Source: an uncultured Actinomycetota bacterium (lineage in GTDB: Bacteria; Actinomycetota; Actinomycetes; JAFAQI01; DASSKL01). Taken from it: a DNA stretch of 64,000 bases. The notes under the pieces were generated by a model. It had not been told where the DNA came from, searched no databases, and saw only the letters and a list, made by a program, of their open reading frames with translations. The stretch lies in the NCBI GenBank assembly GCA_963728075.1, contig CAVSIP010000001.1, positions 684,251-748,250 on the forward strand, given 5' to 3'. How positions within the stretch are numbered: position 1 is the first letter of the stretch; every line of letters begins with the position of its first letter. A program made the position numbers and the translations under genes. Of the stretch, positions 1 through 9,675 are shown one piece after another.

Positions 1-456
1 GGCGCCTTCCGCAAGGTGGTCGAGGTCAACCTCGTCGGCACGTTCAACCTGTGGCGCCTGGCCGGTGCTGCGATCAGCAAGACCGAGCCGCTGGCGGACG
101 GGGAGCGCGGCGTCATGGTCGGCACCGCGTCGGTCGCCGCCTTCGACGGCCAGATCGGCCAGATCTCCTACTCGGCGTCGAAGGGCGGCGTCGTCGGCAT
201 GACCCTGCCAGCGGCACGCGACCTCGCCCCGGTGGGCATCCGCGTGTGCACGATCGCGCCCGGGCTGTTCGACACCCCACTGCTGGGCTCGCTGCCGGAC
301 CCGCAGAAGGAGGCGCTCGCCAAGGACGTCGTCTTCCCGAAGCGCCTCGGCCGCCCCGAGGAGTACGGCAAGCTCGTGCGGGCGATCGCCGAGATCAGCT
401 ACCTCAACGGCGAGACCTTCCGGCTGGACGCCGCGCTGCGGATGCCGCCGAAGTAG
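1..456 (+). CDS. SDR family oxidoreductase (3-hydroxyacyl-CoA dehydrogenase type-2-like), C-terminal part; 5' end lies outside the window
   Basis: Open frame from base 1 to TAG at 454-456. SDR catalytic stretch YSASKGG and conserved C-terminal [15 protein letters not shown]. Confidence 0.7.
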   Translation, partial: GAFRKVVEVNLVGTFNLWRLAGAAISKTEPLADGERGVMVGTASVAAFDGQIGQISYSASKGGVVGMTLPAARDLAPVGIRVCTIAPGLFDTPLLGSLPDPQKEALAKDVVFPKRLGRPEEYGKLVRAIAEISYLNGETFRLDAALRMPPK

Positions 457-505
457 CCACTGCACCGACCCGGACGTCGGCGGAGGCACGCGTACGCTCA
501 GGCGC

Positions 506-1624
506 GTGACCTCCGCCGACGTGCTTTTCCCCGTCGACCGGCTGCACCGGGCACAGGTGGCCGCTGCGGCCGCCGGCCTGGACGCGGTGCTGCTCACCCC
601 AGGCGCCGACCTGCGCTACCTGACCGGGTACGACGCCCTGCCGCTCGAGCGGCTCACCTGCCTGGTGCTGCCGGCCGAGGGTGAACCGCTGCTGGTGGTG
701 CCGCTGCTGGAGCAGCCGGCCGCTGAGGCCAGTCCCGCATCGCGGCTCGGCATCGAGATCGTGGGAGTGGGGGAGACGGACGACCCGTACGCGCTCGTCG
801 GCCGGCGGTTGGCCGGTGCCCGGCGTGTGGGGCTCGCCAACCGGATGTGGGCCGAGCAGGTGCTGCGCCTGCGCACGGCGCTGCCCGCGGCGGAGCAGTC
901 GCTCGCCGGTACGGTCCTCCGCGAGCTGCGCATGCGCAAGACGGCGGCGGAGGTCGAGGCCCTGCGTCGTGCGGGGGCGGCCATCGACCGGGTCCACGAG
1001 CGGATGGGGGAGTGGCTCAAGGCGGGACGGACCGAGCAGGAGGTCGGCCGCGACATCGCCGACGCGATCGTCGCCGAGGGCCACGCCACCGTGAACTTCG
1101 TCATCGTGGGCTCCGGCCCGAACGGCGCGAGCCCGCACCACCACACCGGGACGAGGGTGATCGAGCCCGGCGACCCCGTGGTCGTCGACATCGGCGGTAC
1201 CACCGACGACGGCTACTGCTCCGACGCGACCCGGACGTACGCCGTGGGGGAACCACCAGCCGACTTCGTGCGGTACTACGAGGTGCTCCAGGCGGCGCAG
1301 GAGGCGGCGTGTGCTGCGGCTCGCCCCGGGGTCACGGCCGCGTCGGTCGACGCCGCTGCGCGTGACGTCATCGCGACTGCGGGCTACGGCGAGAAGTTCG
1401 TGCACCGCACCGGGCACGGCATCGGGCTGGAGGAGCACGAGGAGCCGTACATCGTCGCGGGCAACGACGAGGTGCTGGGGCCGGGGATGTGCTTCTCGAT
1501 CGAGCCCGGCATCTACCTGCCCGGCCGGCACGGTGCGCGGATCGAGGACATCGTCGCGGTGACCGGTGACGGGGCCGAGCGGCTCAACGTGGTCCGGCGG
1601 GACCTCGTGGTGCTGGACGCCTGA
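506..1624 (+). CDS. M24 family Xaa-Pro aminopeptidase/dipeptidase (PepP/PepQ-like)
   Basis: 372-aa ORF with GTG start. M24 metal-binding motifs (DIGGTTDDGYCSDATRT, HRTGHGIGLEEHEEPY, ARIEDIV). Confidence 0.8.
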   Translation: MTSADVLFPVDRLHRAQVAAAAAGLDAVLLTPGADLRYLTGYDALPLERLTCLVLPAEGEPLLVVPLLEQPAAEASPASRLGIEIVGVGETDDPYALVGRRLAGARRVGLANRMWAEQVLRLRTALPAAEQSLAGTVLRELRMRKTAAEVEALRRAGAAIDRVHERMGEWLKAGRTEQEVGRDIADAIVAEGHATVNFVIVGSGPNGASPHHHTGTRVIEPGDPVVVDIGGTTDDGYCSDATRTYAVGEPPADFVRYYEVLQAAQEAACAAARPGVTAASVDAAARDVIATAGYGEKFVHRTGHGIGLEEHEEPYIVAGNDEVLGPGMCFSIEPGIYLPGRHGARIEDIVAVTGDGAERLNVVRRDLVVLDA

Positions 1625-2766
1625 TGCCCGCCGAGCGCATGTTCGCCACCGACGAGGCGCGCGAGCTGGTGATGCTGGCGCGGGAGATCGCGGACAAGGA
1701 GCTGCGCCCCCGCGCCGCCGAGATGGAGGAACGCGCGGAGTTCCCGCGCGAGGTGTTCCGGCTGCTGGGCCGCGCCGGCTTGCTCGGGCTGCCGTACCCG
1801 GAGGAGCACGGCGGTGGCGGGCAGCCGTACGAGGTGTACCTGCAGGTGCTCGAGGAGCTCGCGGCGGGCTGGGCCGCGGTCGCCCTCGGCGTGTCCGTGC
1901 ACACGCTGGCCTGCTATCCGGTGGCCGCGTGCGGCACCGACGAGCAGCGCTCGCGCTGGCTGCCCCGCATGCTGGGCGGCGAGACGGTCGGCGCGTACTG
2001 CCTGTCCGAGGCGCAGTCCGGTTCCGACGCCGCCGCCCTGCAGACCCGGGCCACCGCCGAGGACGGGGGCTACGTCGTCGACGGCACCAAGGCCTGGGTG
2101 ACGCACGGCGGCGTCGCCGACTTCTACAACGTCTTCGTCCGCACCGGCGAGGCGGGCAGCCGCGGCATCTCGCTGCTACTGCTGGACGCCGACACCTCCG
2201 GTCTCGAGCCACAGGCCCCGGAACGGAAGATGGGGCTGCGCTCCAGCCCCACGGCCCAGCTCCGCCTGACCGGCGCGCGAGTCCCTGCCGACCGGCTCAT
2301 CGGCGCCGAAGGTGAGGGCTTCCGCATCGCCTTGAGCGCGCTCGACGGCGGCCGGCTGGGCATCAGCGCGGTCGCGACCGGGGTGGCGCAGGCCGCCCTG
2401 GACGAGGCCGTGGCGTACGCGCGGCAGCGGCGCCAGTTCGACCAGCCCGTCATCGACTTCCAGGGTGTGTCGTTCCTCCTGGCCGACATGGCCACCGGCG
2501 TGGAGGCCGCCCGGGCGACGTACCTGTCCGCGGCCCGCCGCCGCGACGCCGGTCTCGACTACTCCGCGCAGGCCTCCATGGCCAAGCTGCTGGCCACCGA
2601 CACGGCCATGCGCGTCACCACCGACGCGGTGCAGGTCCTCGGCGGCTACGGCTACACCAGCGACTTCCCGGTCGAGCGCTTCCTGCGCGAGGTGAAGGTC
2701 ATGCAGATCTTCGAGGGAACCAACCAGATCCAGCGGATGGTCATCGGCCGCCACCTGGCGCGCTGA
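1624..2766 (+). CDS. acyl-CoA dehydrogenase
   Basis: 380-aa ORF. ATGA overlap with the upstream stop. ACAD signatures (YCLSEAQSGSDAAAL, QVLGGYGYTSDFPVERFLRE, IFEGTNQIQR). Confidence 0.85.
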   Translation: MPAERMFATDEARELVMLAREIADKELRPRAAEMEERAEFPREVFRLLGRAGLLGLPYPEEHGGGGQPYEVYLQVLEELAAGWAAVALGVSVHTLACYPVAACGTDEQRSRWLPRMLGGETVGAYCLSEAQSGSDAAALQTRATAEDGGYVVDGTKAWVTHGGVADFYNVFVRTGEAGSRGISLLLLDADTSGLEPQAPERKMGLRSSPTAQLRLTGARVPADRLIGAEGEGFRIALSALDGGRLGISAVATGVAQAALDEAVAYARQRRQFDQPVIDFQGVSFLLADMATGVEAARATYLSAARRRDAGLDYSAQASMAKLLATDTAMRVTTDAVQVLGGYGYTSDFPVERFLREVKVMQIFEGTNQIQRMVIGRHLAR

Positions 2767-2790
2767 GCCGGTCGGGGCGGTTGTGCCGTT

Positions 2791-4443
2791 GTGCCCTGCC
2801 GGGGGCTCCGCCGCAGTAGCGTGGGAATCGTGCCGGGAGACAGGGCCGGGGACACCGCGCTCCTCGAGCGGCGCACCGCTGCCTATCTGAGCGCCTACGG
2901 CCTGTACGAGGCGGTGCAGGGGGAGCAGGCAACCGCAGCGAACGCTGCCGTCACGGCAGCCCTCGAGGAGGCCGAGCACCAGCGCTGGCCGGAGGTGTCG
3001 TTCGTCCTCAACGCCGCGCGCGCCGTGTTCGCCGTCACGCGCAACCGGCCGGAGGCCGCGCCCGCGGCGGAGTCGCTGGTGCAGCTGGCCGAGGACCTGC
3101 AGCGGCCCGCTCTCCTGGCCACCGCACTGTCGCTGCGCGCCGTGGTTGCCGGTGTCGCCGGCGACGTGTCGCGGCTCCTTGCCGACGCCAGCCGGGCGGT
3201 TGCGCTGCTCGACGACGACGAGGAGCCCGCGCTCGACCGCTCGACGGGGTACGTCGCCGCGGCTGCGGTGTTCCACCGGCTGCAGCTGTGGGAGCTGGTC
3301 GACGAGCTGTACGCCGAAGCGGCGCAGCTCCAGCCGTACTGCGCTGCGCCCGCCCAGGCGGCGGCGATCAGCGTCAACCGTGTCCTCACCCGCGTCGAGT
3401 GGGGGCTCGCCCTGCTGGAGAACGGCGTCGACGACGCTGCGCGGGTCCGGCTGCACCAGGCGCTGGATGCCGTGCCGGCTGCCCTGGCCGAGGCTCTGCC
3501 GCCGCTGTGGCGGCGTGACGTGGAGGCGTGCCAGGACATCGTCGGCATGCTCACCGAACCCTGGACGCGGGCGCAGGTGGAGGCCGCCCTCGCCCACCAC
3601 GAGACGTGGCTGGCGGAGCACGGGGACGTGGAGGTCCTCCCGCAGCTGCGGGCGGCGGCGGCGCTGGCGCTCCTGCGTGGGGGAGACACCCGCGCTGCCG
3701 CTCGGGCCACCGTGACCCTGGCGACGACGCGATCCGCCTCGTCCTCGGCACGTTCGTTCCCCGCCTGGGTGCGGGCGGCGGTGCTCGCGGCGGCCCGTCC
3801 GAGTGACGCGACCGAGGCGGCGCGCGACTACGCGACGCTCGTCAGCGGGTTGCGGTGGGAGTCGCGCGAGGCCGTGCTGGTCGCCGCGCGCGCTCGCATC
3901 GGCGTGGAGCGCCGGCGGCACGAGCACGAGCAGCTCGCCCGCGCGGCGCACACCGACGCGCTCACCGGGCTGCACAACCGGCGCAGCTTCGACGCGTGGC
4001 TGCAGGCGGGACCGGCGAACGGCACCGCGGGCAGCGCCTTGCTGCTGCTGGACCTCGACGGCTTCAAGCAGGTCAACGACGCCTTCGGCCACGGGGTGGG
4101 CGACGACGTGCTGCGGCGCGTCGGCCACATCATCGGGAGCGCCATCCGCCCTGGCGACCAGGCGTTCCGCCAAGGGGGTGACGAGTTCGCCATCCTGTTG
4201 CGCGGAGATCAGCTGACTGCTGACGTGGCCCAGCAGCGCGCTCACCACCTGCGCCGGCTCATCCTGGACGAGCAGTGGGCCGACGTCGCGCCCGGCCTGC
4301 AGGTCACGGCCACCGTCGGCCTTGCGTACACCGTTCCGGGCCAGGAGCCGGCGAAGAGCCCGGTCGAGCTGTACCGGGTGGCCGACGCGGCGCTCTACGT
4401 CGCCAAGGACCGCCGGACCTCGGACTCGGTCACCACGTCGTAG
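2791..4443 (+). CDS. GGDEF-domain diguanylate cyclase with a large N-terminal alpha-helical (TPR-like?) domain
   Basis: C-terminal GGDEF signatures (LTGLHNRRSFD, LLLLDLDGFKQVNDAFGHGVGDDVL, RQGGDEFAILL). The ~350-aa N-terminus has no recognisable catalytic motif. The start may be an internal GTG. Confidence 0.75.
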   Translation: MPCRGLRRSSVGIVPGDRAGDTALLERRTAAYLSAYGLYEAVQGEQATAANAAVTAALEEAEHQRWPEVSFVLNAARAVFAVTRNRPEAAPAAESLVQLAEDLQRPALLATALSLRAVVAGVAGDVSRLLADASRAVALLDDDEEPALDRSTGYVAAAAVFHRLQLWELVDELYAEAAQLQPYCAAPAQAAAISVNRVLTRVEWGLALLENGVDDAARVRLHQALDAVPAALAEALPPLWRRDVEACQDIVGMLTEPWTRAQVEAALAHHETWLAEHGDVEVLPQLRAAAALALLRGGDTRAAARATVTLATTRSASSSARSFPAWVRAAVLAAARPSDATEAARDYATLVSGLRWESREAVLVAARARIGVERRRHEHEQLARAAHTDALTGLHNRRSFDAWLQAGPANGTAGSALLLLDLDGFKQVNDAFGHGVGDDVLRRVGHIIGSAIRPGDQAFRQGGDEFAILLRGDQLTADVAQQRAHHLRRLILDEQWADVAPGLQVTATVGLAYTVPGQEPAKSPVELYRVADAALYVAKDRRTSDSVTTS

Positions 4444-4452
4444 CCGCGAAGG

Positions 4453-5109
4453 TCAGCGGCGGAGGTCGGTGATGAAGTCCTGGAACAGCCCTTCGCCGGT
4501 GGTGGTCCAGAACTCCCAGACCGGCGGCGGCATGTTCGCCTGCATGTGGTCACGCTGGTCCTGGGTCATCGCCTCGCGCACCAGGCCCAGGACCAGCCAG
4601 AGCTTGTCACCGGTGAACGACCCGAGGGAGTGTCCGGGCAGCTGGCCCCACTCCTCGGCCGTGAGGTACTCGGCCGCGAGCGGGACGATGTGCTGCTCCT
4701 CCTCGTCGAGGTGCGGGGCGAGGACGGCGTTCAGCTCGGCGAGCGCCGCTGCTGCGCGGCCGGCAGCCGTGAGGTCCGCCGTACCCGTCCAGCTCGTGAC
4801 CGCCTCTTCGGCCGCCGTCAGGGCGCTGAGGACGTCATCGTGCTGCGCCGCGATGCGACGCACGAGCTCCGCGCTGGCCGGCGCACGCTCCACCAGCCGG
4901 GGCCAGATGATGTCGTCCTCGCCCTCGTGGTGGGAGTGCAGGAAGGCCAGCAGGTTGGCGTAGAAGGACCCGACGTTCGCACTGCGCTCGGTGTCACCGG
5001 GTGCGACCCCACCCACCAGCTGGGGTGCACGGGTGAGGGCGTCACGGAACACCTTGTGCACCGACGCCATGTCGCTGGTGTCGGGTCGGGTGAGTGCGGC
5101 CTCGGCCAT
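4453..5109 (-). CDS. hemerythrin HHE cation-binding domain protein
   Basis: ORF trimmed to ATG at 5109, preceded by a GAAGGAG RBS. H/E-rich repeats (HKVFRDAL, FLHSHHEGEDDIIWP, HDDVLSA) typical of hemerythrin-like proteins. Confidence 0.6.
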   Translation of the reverse strand: MAEAALTRPDTSDMASVHKVFRDALTRAPQLVGGVAPGDTERSANVGSFYANLLAFLHSHHEGEDDIIWPRLVERAPASAELVRRIAAQHDDVLSALTAAEEAVTSWTGTADLTAAGRAAAALAELNAVLAPHLDEEEQHIVPLAAEYLTAEEWGQLPGHSLGSFTGDKLWLVLGLVREAMTQDQRDHMQANMPPPVWEFWTTTGEGLFQDFITDLRR

Positions 5110-5406
5110 GGCGGGGCTCCTTCGGGAGTGGCGGCAGGCCGCCACTCTGCCACGGGGGGAGGGGGCCTGCAGGTGAGTTCTCAAGGTCGAGCAGGGTCGT
5201 GCCGACAATGGGCCCGGAGGGCGGGTGCGGCGTCACGCTCATCGTCGCTTCACGCGGGGATGGTGGGCAGCGTGACACCCCCGCCCTCCTTGTACGTCCG
5301 TGCCCGGAACGTGCCGGATGCCCGACGTGGGTGACCGGGTTGTCCGGGATCTGCCGCGTCTCGGCCGGCACAGGAACGTCGCGGGCGGTACTGGTGTTAT
5401 CCCTGC

Positions 5407-6372
5407 GTGGACAAGCGTGTGCTGCTGCTGGCTGCTGTCGGTACGGCAGCGGTGCTCAGCGCCTGTGGCAGCACCGTCGCCGACGTACCCCTGCACCCGG
5501 TGGCGCTGCGTGCGCCGCTGCAGGCAGCGGACCCGGCTGCGGCCGACACCCCGGCGTTCACCGTGCCGGTCGGCGAGGAGCACCGTGCCGCCAAGCAGGC
5601 AGCGGTCGTCGCCGCTGAGCGGCTTACGACGTACGCGCGGGGTGAGCCGCTGACGACCCTGGTGGCGAGAGTCACGACCGACCCTGCCAGGCAGCGGGCG
5701 CTGCAGACCGCGGCGCTGCCCCTGTGGGACCCGCAGCAGTCGTCGCAGGGGAGCATCGTCTACCCCCAGCTCGGCGGGTACGTCCCCGGGCGGGCTTCCG
5801 TGATGGTCGTGGTCCGGCAGGAGCTCACCGACGCCGACGGCACCCGGCACAGCGAGACGAGGGTGCTCGACGTGCGCGTCCTGCAGACCCCGCGCGGATG
5901 GGCGTTCGACGGCCTCGGTTCGGCAGGCGGGACACCGGTCGCTCGCCCCGCAGCGTTGCCGGCCCTGGCAGCAGCTGTCGTCGACAACCCCCGGATCACG
6001 CTGCCGGACAGCGCTCGCTGGGACATCTACCGCGGCCGGGTCGCGCCCGCACTCCTGCAGCTGTTGAGCGACCTCGCCGCGCGTACGCCGTTCGCAGTGA
6101 CGGTGCTGGAGACCGGGCACCCGCTCGACGTGTTCGGCACGACTCACCGCAGTGCGCACAGCGTCGGTCACGCAGCGGACGTCTACGCGCTGGGCGGCAC
6201 CGATGTGATCGACCAGCGGGTGGCCGGCAGCCGTGCGTACGACGCCGCTCGCTGGGCCTTCTCGCTCAGCTCGGTCGACCAGGTGGGCAGCCCCTGGAAC
6301 TTTGACGGCTCCGGCCGCCGGTCGTTCACCAACGACGTGCACCAGGACCATCTGCACCTCGCCGTCCGCTGA
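5407..6372 (+). CDS. lipoprotein with C-terminal VanY/peptidase-M15 (LAS) type metallopeptidase motifs
   Basis: GTG start. Lipobox LSAC-G after a hydrophobic signal peptide. C-terminus carries SAHSVGHAADV (SxHxxGxAxD) and DHLH (ExxH-like) motifs characteristic of D-Ala-D-Ala carboxypeptidase VanY/M15. Confidence 0.5.
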   Translation: MDKRVLLLAAVGTAAVLSACGSTVADVPLHPVALRAPLQAADPAAADTPAFTVPVGEEHRAAKQAAVVAAERLTTYARGEPLTTLVARVTTDPARQRALQTAALPLWDPQQSSQGSIVYPQLGGYVPGRASVMVVVRQELTDADGTRHSETRVLDVRVLQTPRGWAFDGLGSAGGTPVARPAALPALAAAVVDNPRITLPDSARWDIYRGRVAPALLQLLSDLAARTPFAVTVLETGHPLDVFGTTHRSAHSVGHAADVYALGGTDVIDQRVAGSRAYDAARWAFSLSSVDQVGSPWNFDGSGRRSFTNDVHQDHLHLAVR

Positions 6373-6447
6373 CGGGGCTTTCTGCCCTAGCACTGCCTCA
6401 CCTGCGGCTGCACGCTCGGAAGCAGCGGTTGCGGGAGGAGGCCTCCC

Positions 6448-7200
6448 ATGAGCGCAGCGGCCACCGGGCGTGCCGTGCTCGTCGGTGTTGCTGTCGCCGT
6501 TCTCGCCGCGGCCTGCGGCGGAACCACCCAGATGGCGGAGTCCGCGCCACCCTCGTCAGAGAGCAGCGCGACGCAGCCGAGCCAGACCGCGGCGGACGCG
6601 GCCAGGGACGGGGTGATCCCCGAGGTGGCTGCGTTGCCCTTCTCCGTACGCGTCGACGTGCGCGGGCAGGTCGTGGCCGCGGAAGGAGTGTGGGTGCTCT
6701 CCGTGCCGACCGCGGCCGCAGCGAAGAACGCGGACGGCTGCCGCCTCGGACCGGACACCGGCAAGTACCCGACGGACACCATCTGCGTCACCGAGTACGG
6801 GGAGCTGCTCCTGCTGGACGCGGGACGGTCCCGGATCCTGCGGGCCTACCCGCTGCCGGCCGTGCCTCCCACCTTCCTGCTGCTGACTCCGGACGCGGTC
6901 TACTGCGGCCGGGCAGGAGACGCCGCGGTGGGGGAGACCATGCTGCCGGACTCGATGGTCTGCAGAGTGGACCGCGCCACCCTCGCTGCGCGGGTACGCG
7001 TCTTCCCGGCCCCTGCCGACTCGGTGGTCGCGCAACCGTGCTTCTTCCCGCCTGCCTCGTGGTCGGTGGCTGATCGGTGGATCGGCGCCGTGGGTGCCAC
7101 CCTCGACGGCGACCGGCTGCTGGTTCGAGCCGGCGACGGCACCACGACGGCACTCGACGCCACGACGCTCGGTCTGGCCGATCGAGCCGCGGCGGGCTGA
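6448..7200 (+). CDS. hypothetical lipoprotein
   Basis: Signal peptide plus lipobox (VLAAACGG). No recognisable domain. Confidence 0.45.
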   Translation: MSAAATGRAVLVGVAVAVLAAACGGTTQMAESAPPSSESSATQPSQTAADAARDGVIPEVAALPFSVRVDVRGQVVAAEGVWVLSVPTAAAAKNADGCRLGPDTGKYPTDTICVTEYGELLLLDAGRSRILRAYPLPAVPPTFLLLTPDAVYCGRAGDAAVGETMLPDSMVCRVDRATLAARVRVFPAPADSVVAQPCFFPPASWSVADRWIGAVGATLDGDRLLVRAGDGTTTALDATTLGLADRAAAG

Positions 7201-7222
7201 GGGCTGAACGGGGGCCGGCCGC

Positions 7223-8653
7223 ATGCTGTTCCCGACCGTGACGTTCGCCCTGTTCTTCCTGGTCGTGCTCGCGGGTTACTGGTTGCTGGCGCCGCACGGG
7301 GTCGGTCGCAAGCTGCTGCTGCTCGCCGCGGCGGTGGTGTTCTACGGGCACTGGGACCGCCGGTTCGTCGGCCTGCTCGCCGTCTTCGTGGTGGTGAACT
7401 GGGCTGCCGCCCGGGCCATCCGTGCGGTCGGGCGCGGGTGGGTCAGGACGGCTCTCACCACCGCGGGCATCGTGGCGGACGTCGGCGTGCTCTCCTTCTT
7501 CAAGTACTACGGCTTCTTCGTGGACTCCCTGACCGAGGCCTTGTCCCGGTTCGGGCTCGCCGTGCATCCGCCGCTGCTCGACGTGCTGCTCCCGGTGGGC
7601 ATCTCCTTCTACACGTTCGAAGCAGTCGCCTACCTCGTCCAGGTGCACCGCGGCCGGACGGAACCGGGTGCGCTGCTGGACGTCGCGGTGTGGCTGAGCT
7701 TCTTCCCGAAGCTCATGAGCGGCCCGATCACTCGAGCGGAGGAGTTCCTGCCGCAGCTGGCGGGGCCACCGGACACCGCGCACGTGCAGTCCGGCCGCGC
7801 GTACTGGCTCATCGGGCGGGGGCTGGTGAAGAAGCTCGTGGTTGCCTCCTTCCTGGCCACAGCGGTGACCGACGACGTGTTCGCCGACCCGCACGCGTAC
7901 GGCAGCGCCGTGCTGCTCGTCGGTGCGTATGCGTTCGCCGCGCAGATCTACGCGGACTTCTCCGGCTACACCGACATGGCGATCGGCCTCTCGCTCCTGC
8001 TGGGGTTCCGGCTGCCGGAGAACTTCGACCGGCCCTACACCGCCACCTCGGTACAGGACTTCTGGTCGCGCTGGCACATGACCCTGTCCCGGTGGCTGCG
8101 CGACTTCCTGTTCGCTCCGTTCCTGCGGCTTGCGGGCGGCCACCCCTGGCGACGGTACGGAGCCATCGTCGCGGTGATGCTCCTGGCCGGCCTGTGGCAC
8201 GGGGCCGCCTGGACGTTCGTCGCCTTCGGTGCCGTCCACGGCGTCGCGATGGCTCTGGAGCGGACGAGCCGGGAACGCCGGCGCGCCTATGGCCGGCCAC
8301 CGGCTCGCCGGACGGTGTGGCGGCAGGTGCTCCGTCGAGTGGTGACCTTCCACGTGGTCTGCCTGGGCTGGGTGTTCTTCGCTGCGGGATCGGTCGGTGA
8401 TGCCGGGACGTACCTGCACAGCCTGGCGACCAACTGGTCCGGCCCCAGTGGGCTGCTGACCCCTCTGCTCCTGCTGACGGTGCTGGCAGTGGTGGCAGCG
8501 CAGTACGTTCCCGCCGGTGCGACGCAGTGGGTCACGCAACGGGTCGCCCGAGCCTCCGCACCGGTGCTGGCCGCGGGCTTCGCGGGCGCACTGGTCGTCA
8601 TCGCGGCCCTGGCACCCACGACCGTGCCCGCCTTCCTCTACTTCCGGTTCTGA
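7223..8653 (+). CDS. MBOAT family membrane-bound O-acyltransferase (AlgI/DltB/PatA-like)
   Basis: 476 aa, polytopic. MBOAT hallmark region FWSRWHMTLSRWLRDFLF with conserved His, and YTFEAVAYLVQV. Confidence 0.85.
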   Translation: MLFPTVTFALFFLVVLAGYWLLAPHGVGRKLLLLAAAVVFYGHWDRRFVGLLAVFVVVNWAAARAIRAVGRGWVRTALTTAGIVADVGVLSFFKYYGFFVDSLTEALSRFGLAVHPPLLDVLLPVGISFYTFEAVAYLVQVHRGRTEPGALLDVAVWLSFFPKLMSGPITRAEEFLPQLAGPPDTAHVQSGRAYWLIGRGLVKKLVVASFLATAVTDDVFADPHAYGSAVLLVGAYAFAAQIYADFSGYTDMAIGLSLLLGFRLPENFDRPYTATSVQDFWSRWHMTLSRWLRDFLFAPFLRLAGGHPWRRYGAIVAVMLLAGLWHGAAWTFVAFGAVHGVAMALERTSRERRRAYGRPPARRTVWRQVLRRVVTFHVVCLGWVFFAAGSVGDAGTYLHSLATNWSGPSGLLTPLLLLTVLAVVAAQYVPAGATQWVTQRVARASAPVLAAGFAGALVVIAALAPTTVPAFLYFRF

Positions 8654-8655
8654 CC

Positions 8656-9666
8656 ATGGCCACGCACGCCCGCCCTCGCGCGTCCCGGTCCGGCAGCGGT
8701 GAGCCGGCGCGGGTGGTCGTGGTGATGACGTTGCTGGCACTGGTGATCGCGGGTCTGCTCAACGCCGACGAGCTGGTGCGGCGGGCCCGCGCCCTGCCGT
8801 ACGGGTGGGAGCGCTCGGCGGCGGTGACCGTCGCCGAGGCGCTGCACGGGGTCAGCCACGCGGCGCGGTTGGACCGGCCGCGCGAGGTGCTGGACCGTGC
8901 CCTCGGGCACGACAGCGCAGCTGCCGGCACGCCGGGCACGGTGACGCCTGTCGCCCCGCAGCCCCTGGCCCCGTCCGGCACCACACCGTCCGGCGGGGAC
9001 CCACCCGTCCGGCCGGCGCCCACGAAGGCGGACCCGCTGCGCGTGTTCCTCGGCGGGGACTCGGTGAGCCAGGCGGTGGCGCAGGCCTTCGCACGGCTGG
9101 CCGGGGCGACCGGGGTCGTGCAGTCGACGGTGGAGTTCCGGTTCTCGACCGGGCTGACCCGCCCCGACTACTTCGACTGGCCCGGGCGGCTGCGCACGGT
9201 GCTGGCGGCCTCGCCGCCGCCCGACGTGGTGGTGGTGATGTTCGGCGCCAACGACGTGCAGCGGATGCGTACGCCGGAGGGCACCGTGTCGGCGGGCACG
9301 GCGGCCTGGCTCGCCGAGTACCGTCGGCGGGTCGCCGAGACGATGGACCAGCTGCAGGCATCGGGAGTCACGGCGTACTGGTTGGGGCAGCCGGCCATGC
9401 GCTCGGCCACCTTCGACCTGCGCATCGCGGAGCTCGACGACATCTACGCGCAGGAGGCAGCAGGGCGACCAGCGGTCACCTACGTCGACACCCGTGCCCT
9501 GCTCGGCGGCGGTTCGACGGGCTACACGGCCTACCTGCGGCAACCGGACGGCTCGTCGGTACAGGTGCGCACCACCGACGGAGTGCACCTGACCCGGGCC
9601 GGTGGTGAGCTGCTGGCACGCACGCTGCTGATGGCGCTTCGGCAGCGTTGGCCCCTGCCGGAGTGA
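8656..9666 (+). CDS. SGNH/GDSL-type hydrolase domain protein; probable partner (PatB/AlgX-like) of the upstream MBOAT
   Basis: ATG lies 2 nt after the MBOAT stop. N-terminal TM anchor. GDS-like block FLGGDSVSQ, then VVVMFGANDV and a DGVHLT (DxxH) C-terminal block. Confidence 0.6.
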   Translation: MATHARPRASRSGSGEPARVVVVMTLLALVIAGLLNADELVRRARALPYGWERSAAVTVAEALHGVSHAARLDRPREVLDRALGHDSAAAGTPGTVTPVAPQPLAPSGTTPSGGDPPVRPAPTKADPLRVFLGGDSVSQAVAQAFARLAGATGVVQSTVEFRFSTGLTRPDYFDWPGRLRTVLAASPPPDVVVVMFGANDVQRMRTPEGTVSAGTAAWLAEYRRRVAETMDQLQASGVTAYWLGQPAMRSATFDLRIAELDDIYAQEAAGRPAVTYVDTRALLGGGSTGYTAYLRQPDGSSVQVRTTDGVHLTRAGGELLARTLLMALRQRWPLPE

Positions 9667-9675
9667 CGTGGGGAC

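Noticed and set aside
404-4248. Very long ORFs antisense to pepQ/fadE/GGDEF (602 aa and 690 aa Arg/Pro/Ala-rich translations). Similar long antisense ORFs lie opposite MBOAT, gcvP, murA and others.
   Set aside because: Typical stop-codon-poor antisense frames of a >70% GC genome. Compositionally biased (R/P/G/A), no motifs, and the opposite strand encodes well-supported proteins.
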